Shown here: positions 52,531 to 64,000 of the stretch, piece by piece
Numbering within the stretch: the first letter of the stretch is position 1
How the letters are laid out: every line of letters begins with the position of its first letter
Assembly: GCF_009834535.1 (NCBI RefSeq)
Contig: NC_045697.1
Coordinates: 106,704,001-106,768,000 of the forward strand
Direction of reading: 5' to 3'
DNA: 64,000 nucleotides
DNA from: Camelus ferus
Lineage: Eukaryota
The notes under the pieces: model-generated
The model's input: the letters and a program-made list of their open reading frames with translations, nothing else
Databases searched by the model: none
Told to the model about the DNA's origin: nothing
Position numbers and translations under genes: made by a program

Positions 52531-54039
52531 GGGAGAAGGCTGGAATCTCCAGAGTCCTGTGAGGATGTCCATTACTGGGGAGAACTGAACTCTGCCAGAA
52601 CAGGAGGCCTTTGGAGGCCCTGCGCACTGTTTCACCTCTTTCTTAAAATCAGTCTTTCAGAGTAAAGCCGTGTGTGTCAGTGCCAGTCTCGTAGAGCAGT
52701 GTCATAAATGTGTGCATATGTATAGATTTATTGATGTATATATATTTTCCCTGCTTTGAAGAGAATCTCCAGCTAAGATTTGAAATTTACTCCTATTCTG
52801 TTTCACATGTTTGCGTCTGTGTCTAGCATTGGGGAGCGATGAATCAGATAAAATAGTCTTATTATTTCAGGCTTGTCTGCCCCTTATGACACTTCCCTTT
52901 TGATGTTTAGCCAAGGAGTACCACTTGCCCAAACATAATTCAGCGATTATAGGCCGTTCTGTGCATTTCTATTTATGTTCCTGCATCTGACTCTGAATTC
53001 CTTATAGCGGATGTGAAGAATGGGACTGCTGGGGCTTCTGAGTATCCGACAACAAACCTTGAACACCCCTAGGCATCTCTAAACTGGATGTCTAAAGTAA
53101 ACATTTAAAAAATGTGCCTAATGAGTGTATTTTAAAGTTGTAAAAACAAAATGACATTAACAAAACTTTTTTTCTACTCTCATGATACAGACATTTAGAA
53201 TTATAATATTGCTTATAATGTTCTTATCACTGTGGTGACTTGGGGGATTTCTAAAGTCTGGGTTTCAGTAAATGCATCATAAATTCTAACTGTAATTCAG
53301 ATTGCTCTCGTTTATGTTTACGTTAAACATAATGGATGGAAAGTCACCCTAAGACTAAGCGTGACTAAAGAACCTGGTTTCTGTTGCTTTAGGCTAAATC
53401 ATTAGTCGCTTTGAACATGCTTCTGCTGAGTTGTGGGCTGACTCAGAAAGATAAATATCTGTGTGCGGGACTCAAAATCCTCACCACTAGTCCTGTGAAG
53501 CTTGACAGTCATAAAGATGCCAGCGGGGTGTGTGTATTTAGTACACAAAATGGAAGCAGTTATTAAGATACTAAGGTGAAAAATCTTCCTCTTAAACTGC
53601 TGACATCACCACAGGCAAGGAAGGTTTTCAGTGTCATCCTTTAGGAAAGGTCTGTGAAGATCCCGGATGGCTGGCTTGGGGGAGGCCTGATGAGTTTATA
53701 AACCACTGCCCCCTCATGAAGTCCCAGACTCAGGGATGGTGCTGTGAATGTGCTATCTTGAGATAACATGATTTTCTAAATTTTTCTCTTCCTTTAGTAA
53801 GTAGTGGTTTAGGTGAAAATCTGGTTTGGTTCATAGTAAAATGCAAGGAAACACAAGTGAAATATGTCTAAAATGTAAAAATAGAGGAAAGATAGGATGT
53901 GAGTACAGGTTAGGTTTCTGCCCAAATTTGGTGTTTTCAGACCACACAGTCAGATCCCAGTTATGCTCCATGCACACTCGTTTGCTTCTGAAACCTTCCA
54001 TTTAAAATGTAACTTTCAGACTTTTATCCCATAAGGAAA

Positions 54040-54640
54040 GTTTGCTTATGTATAAAATTAGTTTTTCCAAATTATGAAGACAGTACATGTTCATTGTAAA
54101 TATTTTAGAAACTACTGAAAAGTAAAAGAAGAAAATTCTTTATACTTTAATCCTAATTTAATTTAATCCTAATTAATTAAATTAAATTAAATTTTAATAA
54201 TCCATAATGCTACCACCTAGACATAAACTTAACATTTGGAGGTATTACAGTATATACAATTTTGAATATAGTAAATGTTTTATGTAATATAGTAAATGTT
54301 TCATGTAATATAGTAAATGTTTCTCATATGATTAATATTTACTTGAAATGTGCTTGTTAGTGACTGTATAATATTTCATGATAGGAATTTGCCATGATTT
54401 ATTAAGTCATTGCCCTGTTGGCCATTTATGTGGCTTCCAGTTTTTAAAAACAGAGGTGAATTCTGAGATTGGCATTCCTGTGCATAACCTTTGGCTCCAT
54501 CTCAGTTCCCTCAAAGTAGGTTCTTAGGAGTAGATTTACAGGATCAAAGGTTATAAAGGATGTTAAGAAATTTACATGATGCTGGAATGCTTTTTAGAAA
54601 GGGTCACTTCAGTGTAAGCAAAACACTCACATCTCCCCCA
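54040..54640 (-). mobile_element. Ancient L1 (L1ME/MC-like) fragment
   Basis: acatgttcattgtaaatattttagaaa..ttccagttttt..ttcttaggagtagatttacaggatcaaagg. Confidence 0.6.
54265..54322. repeat. 21-bp tandem repeat x~2.8 (aatatagtaaatgttt(t/c)atgt)
   Basis: Units start at 54265, 54286, 54307. Confidence 0.9.
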
Positions 54641-55231
54641 GCGCTGGTAAACCTTTTCCAGTATGATGCTTACCTGACTAGTGAGCCAGTCCTTCTGGGG
54701 AAGGAGGGAATGTTCCTCCAGCCCTGATCTGAGCTTCATCTCATCCTCACACCAACCCCACGGGCCAGGGACTAGGGGCATCCATCCCATCTCACAGATG
54801 AAGAAATGTGCCCGGGGAGGGTGAGGGACTTTCACAGGTCACAGAACACGGGTGGAGGGGTTGGTTAGGCAAGTTCAGGCTGTCTGATCCTAGGGGTCAT
54901 TTTCCTTTTAAATTTCTAAGGTTCTCCTCTATGAGATATTTATATTCATGATTGTATAGAGAATTAGTCCTGATTTTATCTTCTAAACTAAACATGTAAA
55001 TTGGAGAGCACCTAGTCCATCAGTGGGCACTTCATAAACACCAGTTCTGAGGCTCTCAAGTGCCTCCCTCACAGCACACAGTCAAGCTCAGTTTCCTGCC
55101 TCCGGGCTCGGAGGCCCCTCAGGCCACACCAGGTAGGCAACCGCCTCTCCCCCTCAGCACGACACGTGTTCATTACACTCCTACGTTAGGAACTTTTTGC
55201 AAAGGTGGAGATGTGTTTTTCAAATTTCGCA

Positions 55232-55678
55232 CAACATAACGCCATTTGCAGCAACATGGATGCTCCTGGAGAATGTCATTCTAGGTGAAGTAAGCCAGAA
55301 AGAGAAAGAAAAATACCATATGAGATCGCTCATATGTGGAATCTAAAAAACAAAAACAAAAACAAAACAAAACAAAGAAACAAAGCATAAATACAAAACA
55401 GAAACAGACTCATAGACATAGAATACAAACTTGTGGTTGCCAAGGGGGCGGACGGTGGGAAGGGATAGATGGGATTTCAAAAATGTAGAATAGATAAAGA
55501 AGATTATACTGAATAGCACAGGGAAATATACACAAGATCTTAAGGTAGCTCACAGAGAAAAAAATGTGACAATGAATATATATGTATGTTCATGTATAAC
55601 TGAAAAATTGTGCTGAACACTGGAATTTGACACAACTTTGTAAAATGATTATAAATCAATAAAAAATGTTTAAAAAAA
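55232..55678 (+). mobile_element. Young L1 3' end (ORF2 end + 3' UTR), sense to DCLK2
   Basis: gccatttgcagcaacatgga..gtgaagtaagccagaaagagaaagaaaaatacca..; AATAAA 55658-63 and A-rich tail. Confidence 0.9.
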
Positions 55679-55873
55679 TCAGAATCACATGCAAAAACCT
55701 CCAGAAAAAAAGAGCTTTAAAAAGCAACGAACATAAATCCTGGTGTTATTATCATGAGATATTTCTTTTGAATCTGTTAGTAAATGTACCCGTCGTTTCT
55801 GCCTAATCCCAAAGGCCGCCTTGCAATCACCAAGGAAGAAACAACTCTGATTACTGGCTGGTTTCCGTTCCAG

Positions 55874-56007
55874 GTGTGTGAATATCCCGATGGAACCAAG
55901 TCTTTGAAGCTGGGCGACTTCGGGCTGGCCACCGTGGTGGAAGGCCCTCTGTACACGGTCTGTGGCACCCCGACTTATGTGGCTCCAGAAATCATTGCTG
56001 AAACCGG
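55874..56007 (+). CDS. DCLK2: DCLK2 exon (~11): [44 protein letters not shown](G)
   Basis: ttccAG acceptor, CGG|GTAAAG donor; DFG...APE activation segment. Confidence 0.97.
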
Positions 56008-56426
56008 GTAAAGCTCCTGGTGGTTTGGGGTCGTGCTTTAATTTTGGTGGGAAAGGTGTATTTTGCTGCTGCTGCTGCTGTGTATTCAGATGCCCCTTGG
56101 GAGTGTAGGGAGCAGGAGAGGCTGTTACCTGCACGTGACTTTGATCCCAAGAACTCAAGTTTGTGCTTCTATTTCCAAGAGCCCCAGGCCTGGACTTCTG
56201 TCCCGAGGCTGGTCTTGGGAATAGTGACAGTAATCCCCACAAGGGTGGTGATGGTGGGAGAAGAGCAGATGCCTTTGTCCAAAGGGTAATTCTTTCCTCT
56301 ACGTGAAATGAGCGGTGTGGCTCGGAAAGACCTCTTTTCCTGACAAACAAGGACCAGTCCTGTAACGGGGAGGGTTCCAGGGAGCGTATCACTGTTTCTC
56401 ACCTCCCACCATCTCTGTTTTCCCAG

Positions 56427-56504
56427 CTATGGCCTGAAGGTGGACATTTGGGCGGCTGGCGTGATCACCTATATACTCCTCTGTGGATTCCCACCCTTCC
56501 GAAG
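56427..56504 (+). CDS. DCLK2: DCLK2 exon (~12): [25 protein letters not shown](S)
   Basis: ttttcccAG acceptor, AAG|GTCAGT donor; subdomain IX DIW..GVI. Confidence 0.97.
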
Positions 56505-57879
56505 GTCAGTGGTCTTTGGAGTGACAGCATTTGAATTGTAAACTCTCTCCCTTTGATCAAGAAGCAGACGGTCTACTCCTGGCAGTCAGGACCAGAAGCT
56601 GGTCGATAAAAATGTCAGTTAAAAATTATATAAACATACCTTTCACGTTTTATCTTAATTTACAACCTATGAATGTGTGTTCCTCGTCCCCCCTTGTGAT
56701 GTGGGGCCAAGGCCTTTGCTTTGTGTACGGTCCTGAGTTTCCCGCCGTCATTCTTCCATAAAACACACCCACAGTCCAGTGTCTGCGGTTTTCACTCTTG
56801 GGCTTTTTCAGGAGGAATGAGGTTTAAAGATCCTTGCAAAGCAATCTGATCCTTTCAGGTCAGCCTTTTTCCAGTCCTTAAGAGCTGTCTCATCTACTTA
56901 ATTTGACGACGGTTTTAACAACTCACTTTCCAAAGCGTTCAACCTAGTTCTTGTAGAAACAGGGAATTCTTTCTTTTTAAATTCATTTTGTCTGTTCACA
57001 TAATATTTAAGTAGAATTGCAAATACTTTCAGGATAAACAGGCCTGGGAACAAACACACTGACCCTTAGTGACCGTGCGCCTCATCCAGTGGCCGCACTC
57101 GGGGTCGGAGTATGTGGCAAGGCCCACAGACACGCTTGCCCCCAGCAGTTTGTGACCTGGGGGTGTGTGGGGCTCCCACATGGCGTCCCATTTGATCAGT
57201 TCTGTCTCCCTCTTTGGAGCAAATGAATACTTTGAAGCAGATGTTCATCTGATGATGCGTTTTGTTCTTCTGAGTCTTCTTGAATGCTCTTTTCCTTTTA
57301 ATCCCTTCTTTTTTCTTCATTTTTACAACAATTTGTAGACTAGCTACTGTGGGCCAGGTATTGGTCTAAGCGCTGGGAATCATGATGAACAAAATACACG
57401 CTCTGAGGTCATGGTGTTTACAGTGTGGTATTGGGTCAGTAAATAAAAAATAAGTTTATTTCATCCTCCCCTACCCCAACATTTTATTATGAAAGCTTTC
57501 AAATATATAGAAAAGTTGGATGGTTTATCTTTCTTAAATGATCAATTTTCAGTTGAGTTAAACAGTTTTTTTGCTGACATTATAGTAAACACAAGAGTGA
57601 CACAGAGATGTCTGTCTCTACTTTCAAGAGCCTTGCGGTGTGAAGACACATCACAAGACCGTTGATCAAGCAGAACAAACTGAGCATGGGGGCCTGCTCA
57701 GTTGAGGGCTGGAGATCACAGACGGTTTAACAAAGTTATAGCATTTGAGTGGGATCTGACCTTGTGGCATGGGTTGGGTTTCTGTAGGTGGAAAGCTCTT
57801 TGCATCTGGCTGTCAACATCATGGTTTTCCATCAAGGTCATTGCCTAGGTGGGCTAGACACACTGTAGGGTTACTTGAC

Positions 57880-58315
57880 TTACCAGTTGGTTTTTGCTGA
57901 ATAATAAACTTCCCCTAAAGGTAGGGATGTAAATCCTTCTGTGGATCAATTGGGCAGTTCTTCTGATCTGGGCTGGCTCGGTGGGGGCATAGAGTGCAGT
58001 GTGTGGTCTCACTGACATGCCTGGTGGTTGGCTCAGTGTCAGCTGGGATGACAGCTATGACCCGGCCATGTGCCTCCCAGCATCTGGCGTGGGCGTCACA
58101 TCACCATGGACAGACACAGGTTTCCCCAAAGCAACCAGAGAGAGGGCACGTTCTCCAGCCCAAGTGCTTTCCTAGTCTCTGCTTACCTCACGTTTTCTGA
58201 TTGATGTCCAGTTGACCAAATGAAGTCAAATAGCAAAGTCCGGAGTAAATATGGGAAGATAAAGTGTGTACATAAAGGTTGGGGAATAACTTGTGGCTGT
58301 TTTTACAGTCACACT
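57880..58315 (-). mobile_element. Old MaLR LTR (MLT1-like)
   Basis: ctgtggatcaattgggcagttcttctgatctgggctggctc..gtggtctcactgacatgcctgg..tcagctgggatgac. Confidence 0.65.
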
Positions 58316-58865
58316 GTGCCTTGGCTGGTTTCAGAGATGACCTGTTTTGGGAACTAGTCAAGTGCAGAGGGTGGTGTGTTTTGAGAGCAGGTAATCCCGG
58401 GCCAGTTACAGCAGAATTCCCCTCCTTGGTTAACCCAAGTTGAGAGCAGTTGGAAAAGGGTCTCAGGGATCAGCTGTGGAGGAAAGTGTGCTCACAACTC
58501 CCTCTAGTGTTTCCTCTTGCCATTGCAGCCCGGGAGTTTTTCCTTTGACTCTGCTTTTTTACTTTTTAACAAAAGCAAGACTCAGATTGAACAGTATGTA
58601 TCTATTGTGACTCGTTACCCAGCGGACAGCAGCGTCTTTGTGGGATCTGGAGGTAAGTCTGGCTAATCAAAAGCAGTGAAACTACACTCTGAAAGCTGCT
58701 GCCTTAGGGGTATTCAGAAGCTGGTCCTCCAACTCCAGATAGCTTACTTTTGTTCCCCTTTGCATACCATGTTGTGATGAAGGAGAATCTATTATGTTAA
58801 ATACTAGTTACAGAAGTGTTTTCAACGCATACAGAGACATTATGGATAGATTTTATAACCTACTA

Positions 58866-58905
58866 TTTATATACACATATACACACACACACACATATAT
58901 ATACA
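58866..58905. repeat. (TA)/(CA) microsatellite
   Basis: tatatacacatatacacacacacacacatatatataca. Confidence 0.85.
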
Positions 58906-61102
58906 TGGCAAGTCATGGACATGGTACCTTAAATAATGATGAATGACCATGTTGTAAGATAGATTATCTACATAAATTTGTCCCTAAAATAAAAGTCCTT
59001 CAAACTGATATCTCCAAATATTTTCTCTGTTTTCTACAAAAGATGATTTTAACCCAAAGCTTTTTAATTAAACTTGTTCCTTAGAATTCACGGTTTCAGC
59101 ATCTCTGACTACACCATCTCTCATTCTTCCTTCAGGCTTTTCGGGCTTTAGTCTTAGGTTGACATGTGTCTCCCTCCAGTCTTTTCAGGACCAGATTCAT
59201 TGTTACCAAGAAGGATGTTGGCTTGGTGCCCTTCTAATTGCTGGGACATCCTGGGGTTTTGTTGTTGACTCAGTCTATTAGGCGAAGAACCTAAATTCTG
59301 CAGATCACCCCCCCCCGCCCCGAGCATTTTAGCTGGTAATTAACAAAAAAGCCATATATGTTATGAAAACATAAGCTATTTGAGATTCCAGACCAAAAAA
59401 AAAAAATGAAAAGGGAGATGAATATATTCAGAGACGGATGGCTGAAAAGAACAATTCTCATAATGGGTGAATTTTTTTATCTTCTAACATTGTCTCCTGA
59501 GGACCTCTGGTTTTCTGATGCTTTCTAAAAAATCCCACTGTGTTCTTAGGTGTGTCCTGCACTCATTTTGAAGGAGAGTTGTGCTGAGTTCAATCAGTAG
59601 AGAAGTCACAGTGAAAAGGAAAGGAAACATTTAGATACCTAGAAAGACACAGTCTGTCCTCTCTCAAGGTCATCACTTTTTAGGAGAGCGGGTGAGGGCG
59701 TCTCTTGCCCGGTCACCTGGCCTGGCTCTTGCTGCCCCATGTGCTGCGTGACCCAGACCTCATGGCCCAGCAGTGTCGGTGCTGCTGGGCTTGGGTAGAC
59801 GTCGTGGATACTCGCAGAGCGCACAAGTCCTACTCTTTTTCCTAGAGCAGGAGTGAGGCAGCCACCTCCTCACACAGCCCCAGAATCAGTCTCTCGACAC
59901 CGCCCTGAACGATCTCTTTCTAGGGACGCCACACGTGCCCTGGTAGCATGATCAGGGTCCCACGTGCGCACGCCCAGCAGAGCACGTCGGCTGCAGGGGG
60001 GCTGGGGGAACTCCGGGAGAAATGTTGCACACTTGCCAGGTGAGATTGAACTTCCGCTCCTGGCTTTTAATCTTGGCGCCAGCAGCCCATCCTGAGTTTG
60101 CTGCTAGGGCTTTGCGATGGCCTCGAAAGCCAGTGACTTTGTTCTCACTCTAGCTGTCAGTGCACCCACCGGGTGAAGGGGCTCTGAGGCTGTGGAGATG
60201 TCATTTTCTGGGAGTCTGGGGACGTCCAGCTTCCTGAATTGTTCCTGGCGGTGTTTCCATGTTTCCACGGCACTGTCCATCAAAAACCAAGTCATCGTTT
60301 ATTCGTCAGGCACCAGCTGTGTGTGCAGGTGCACCTTTGAGGGTGGGGCCGGTAGGCACAGGGTGGGGATGGACACCCACCCAGGGCTGGTGAGGTGGGT
60401 TTGCCTCAACCCGAGAAGTTGTAGTTGACCTGCTCGGATGGGCTCTTCCTCTCAGACTGAGCGTCACTGAAAGTCAGGTTCCAGTGGGAGCGAATTAGGT
60501 CGTGACTGTTTCATCCAGACTCTGAACGCCTTATGTCTTTTCACACGTTGGCTGCTTTGCTGATCTTTGGCTGTCGTGTTGGAGAAGTGGGAAGAGGACT
60601 GATGCAGATTCGCTGCTTTTCTGCTCTTATTCCCATGAGGGATGAAGGGAGAGCAGGCGCTAAGCTTGTTTTTTCTGAAGTGAGGGTTTCCATTATTTGT
60701 GGATTCCATCTTTTTCTTGAGTCTTTTTTTTTATTGTAGCAAAATAAAAAGTATCTTTTTAACCATTTTTAAGCGTAAAGTGTTGGGCGGTATTACGTAC
60801 GTTTAGGGCGCTGTGGGACCGTCTCCAGAACATCTTCGTCTTCCCAGGCTGAACTAAGCAAATTTCTTGCATTTTTGTCTTCTCTCTCTGCCTCCTTTCT
60901 CTTTGATTTCCAGGCCTGTGGAAATGTCCTTTCGTTCATTGTCTAAAAGGGAGAATGTGTCGTCCCCAACGCAGTTGAGATCCACAGCTGAGACAGGAAA
61001 TGCCCCAGCCAGAGAGCCCAGCCTCCTCTCCTCACTCTTCCTGTGCGCGTTTTGTTGAAAACCTGTATGGTGACGCTGACTCCTCTTCTGTTTCCTTGCC
61101 AG

Positions 61103-61199
61103 TGAGAACAATCTGCAAGAAGATCTCTTCGACCAGATCTTGGCTGGGAAGCTGGAGTTTCCAGCCCCCTACTGGGATAACATCACGGACTCAGCAAAG
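61103..61199 (+). CDS. DCLK2: DCLK2 exon (~13): [32 protein letters not shown]
   Basis: ccttgccAG acceptor, AAG|GTACCC donor, phase 2-0. Confidence 0.96.
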
Positions 61200-61822
61200 G
61201 TACCCATCCCGGCCTGTGTCTGGGGGGGTGCGTCACGTCGAGGGGTCCTCACCCGTCATGTGGGGCCGCAGCAGCTCCTGGTCCGTCTGGACTCAATGCG
61301 TGGTTCCTCTTTAAGTTCATTCCACAGTATAGTCTCTGAAACGCTTAAGCAGATTCTGAAAGCTGGACTGGCTGTCTTCCCAGTTTGCCGCTACCATCCT
61401 CCCGTGCTCCTCTAAGCCCCGAACATTCTTTATTTCATTTATTCAAGGAATGCATGTTGGACACCCATCAGGCTGTAGGAGTGGACTCGCGAGACAGGCT
61501 GAGTTGCCGGAGGAGCAGCGGCACTGCGGTGTTGCGCTGTGGGATGTTGATAATGACCAGAACTCTTAGGAGAGAGCGTCCTGCTTTAGTGCAGACCCAT
61601 GAGAGCCCTCTGCTCCTCTCACTGCTGCTGATGCGAGGCAGCTGTCTGTGTCACTGCCCAGTAAGCACGGGGAGCTGAGGTGACAATAGCTTTTACTTTC
61701 AAATGCCTGAGCATCTGTGTTGGCTGTTCTTTGAAGTCCTTGGTGCAAACTCAGATTTCTGTGTTGATGCTGGAATTACCCTGCTTTTGTCTCCTCTGCC
61801 TTCCCTCCCTCTTTCTTTCCAG

Positions 61823-61903
61823 GAATTAATCAGTCAGATGCTTCAGGTAAACGTAGAAGCGCGGTGTACGGCGGGGCAAATCCTGAGTCACCCCTGGGTG
61901 TCA
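61823..61903 (+). CDS. DCLK2: DCLK2 exon (~14): ELISQMLQVNVEARCTAGQILSHPWVS
   Basis: ctttctttccAG acceptor, TCA|GTAAGT donor; subdomain XI Arg and HPW. Confidence 0.96.
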
Positions 61904-62059
61904 GTAAGTACCTACATTCCAGGGGGTGAACAGCTCTGTGTTCCTCCCCGCCGTGGCTTTGGTACACGCAAAGTTCTGCATCCAAGGTCCACGGCGGATT
62001 AAATGTCTGTTTTCTCTAGTGAGCAAGTAGTGCAGAGACAGCTCTGGGAGAAGGCGGGT

Positions 62060-62180
62060 GGCACAGGGACCCCGCTCTGGGAGTGACCTGGCAAGTCACT
62101 GTTCCTTTCTGGGCCTGAGTTTCCACATCTGTGAGATGGAAGGTTTGGCCAGGATGCTCTAAAAGGATGTTCTGGGGTTT
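62060..62180 (+). mobile_element. MIR SINE fragment
   Basis: gtgacctggcaagtcact..tctgggcctgagtttccacatctgtgagatgg. Confidence 0.65.
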
Positions 62181-62992
62181 GAAAGTTTCTGGGATTTGCT
62201 CAGAGATGACCCTGTTTCAGAGCCTGTCTTCACGGCACATGGTCACAGGAGAGCTCGTGGTGTGGTGGGGCTGCCAAGCCCCAGTCCCTGCCAGAGTGGA
62301 GCAGGGGACGTGTAGTGTTGCCTGGAGCTTCTCTGAGCTTGGGCGGTGCCTCCAGGTTTGTAAACACGGTCCACAAAATGGTGACAGCTGGAGACTCTGT
62401 GTTCCCCTCAGTCCTGGAGGCTCCAGGAGAGTCCAGTTAATTCAAGGGCTTTTGCGACTTAAGGGGGCTCCCTGTGCACCTCTGCCACCTCGCTGTCCCA
62501 CACATTCTGACAACCTCTCTGGATCCTGCTAAGTGACTTGGCTTTTTGGACCAAGTAGCTGAGCTGCCACATTTTTTTTATGAGCAATAAAGACTAAATG
62601 CTAACTGAATTCTTGATTGAGATGATAAACTGTTCATTCATTTTGAATTTCCACAGTAGGGATCTGTACCAAATTAGGTGGCATTTGTGCGGTGGGGGAG
62701 GGCCTCAGAACCCTGAAGAATGCCCTTCTTGTGCCCCTGGGACCTCTGCCCTCTCCTGGGCCTGCTCCAGCCCTAAGGAGGGAAGTGAGTGGTGGAGGTT
62801 CTTTCCGAGGGCAGGGGACTGCTGAGAAGCAGTAACTATGTTTAAAAGGAAGGTCATCGTCCCCCTGCGCTTGTGGCTAAGACGGGCCTATTTAGGAGGG
62901 AGATGGTGGTGGTGACGGGTGGTGGGTGCGGTTCAGGAAGAGACCACTTAGACGTGAGAGTCAAAATCATCGTCTTTGATTTTTTTCTATAG

Positions 62993-63109
62993 GATGATGC
63001 CTCCCAGGAGAATAATATGCAAGCAGAAGTCACAGGTAAACTAAAACAGCACTTTAATAATGCGCTCCCCAAACAGAACAGCACCACGACCGGGGTCTCC
63101 GTTATCATG
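62993..63109 (+). CDS. DCLK2: DCLK2 exon (~15), post-kinase tail: DDASQENNMQAEVTGKLKQHFNNALPKQNSTTTGVSVIM
   Basis: ttttctatAG acceptor, ATG|GTAAGT donor; GVSVI motif shared with the DCLK1 tail. Confidence 0.96.
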
Positions 63110-64000
63110 GTAAGTGGGACGCGGGGCTCTGCCCTTGCATAGCTGCAGGGTCTGGCCTGATGGCCCAGTCGTCACTGAATCTTGTAAAGTCAGTAGCTGA
63201 GAGCTTCCTCCCGTGGTGGTGGGCGCCTTCCACGCTCCTTTCCCCACCTCAGGAACGGCTTGGCATGTGAAGGGCGCCTTTTGGCCGACTCCTGGGCCTT
63301 GAGTCCTGGGATGAGAGGTTGCACAGGTCCCGGCAAGGCCAGGCTGACGGGCCTCTGGCCAGGGAGCCCCGGCCTTCTCTCCTGAGGGAGCCCCAGCGCC
63401 CTCCTGGCAGCTGCTTCTGTTCTCATCTCTGCTCTCCAGCCCTGAGCCCAGGCGGGACTGACAGTGTAAGGAAGTAACTCCCTGATCCCCCAGGCTTCAC
63501 AAATAGATTGAGATCTGAATTAATCTTTGGGACTTGGGATAAGAAAGAGCCAGAGTTAAATTCCATTAAAAAAAAAAATCGGTGTTTTGGACTTTAAAAG
63601 TTGAGAACAATGAGAAAAATACTAGTTTTTTTCAAGGTTGGTAAAATTTTATGAGAAGTCAGTAATAGTGGTCCCTGTATTTCTTCAGATCTTCCTTCTT
63701 CCAAAATGTTTAAGGTAGCTTACCTAAATCCACAAGCGCAGCAGATGACCCATGGCATTAAAGTACGTGAAGTAACGTTAAAGTAAGTTCAGCAAAAGGG
63801 AGGAGAAGGGAGGAAAAATAAAATTGAGCCAGAAGTGTGTTCAGCACACCCACCACCAGCTGTCCAGACCCAAGTTCTTGCCGAGGTGGGGCCGTGTCCC
63901 CAGCGTGTCCCCACCTACCTCGGTGCCACGACTGAAGCACCAGCACCTCGGCTGTGATCTCTGTTCCCCCCCCACACGGCTCACAGAATCAGGGAGCTGG

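Larger units (their letters stand above)
16579..63109 (+). other. DCLK2: DCLK2 gene body (internal part; 5' exons and last exon outside window)
   Basis: 13 phase-compatible GT-AG exons (103,102,95,76,109,58,120,147,134,78,97,81,117 nt; sum 1317 = 439 codons) give DCX-domain end + SP-rich linker + kinase with [29 protein letters not shown]. Linker and tail peptides match DCLK2 rather than DCLK1 as I recall them. Confidence 0.97.

Noticed and set aside
55685..56392. 235-aa minus-strand ORF (longest in the track)
   Set aside because: Antisense shadow of exon 11 plus intron; no recognisable domain
61844..61852. Internal donor CAG|GTAAAC in exon 14 (similar one at 63035/6 in exon 15)
   Set aside because: Explained by coding sequence; use would delete kinase subdomain XI or frameshift, and GTAAGT donors follow
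1..64000. Nested gene, snoRNA/miRNA, CRISPR array or prokaryotic-type system
   Set aside because: None recognisable by eye; a covariance-model (Rfam) scan would be needed to exclude small RNAs

Overview
Mammalian genomic DNA, AT-rich and dense in MIR, L2, L1, MaLR and MER repeats. A young tRNA-derived SINE and young L1 3' ends suggest a camelid genome (inference). The whole window lies inside one + strand gene, DCLK2 (doublecortin-like kinase 2). I located 13 GT-AG exons between 16579 and 63109. They splice into one 1317-nt (439-codon) frame covering the end of the second DCX domain, the Ser/Pro-rich linker and an intact CAMK-type kinase domain. There is also a 51-nt in-frame cassette exon at 20847-20897. 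The first and last coding exons lie outside the window. Exon numbers follow my recollection of the human gene, and repeat boundaries and subfamily names are by eye. Almost all other ORFs in the supplied track are chance intronic ORFs. I see no convincing wholly new biological system. The best leads are hypothetical isoform signals: an RFX X-box overlapping a possible in-frame 6-codon alternative first exon, two candidate kinase-less terminal exons in the intron where DCLK1/DCX place theirs, and a sense L1 poly(A) signal just before the DFG exon. All need transcript data.
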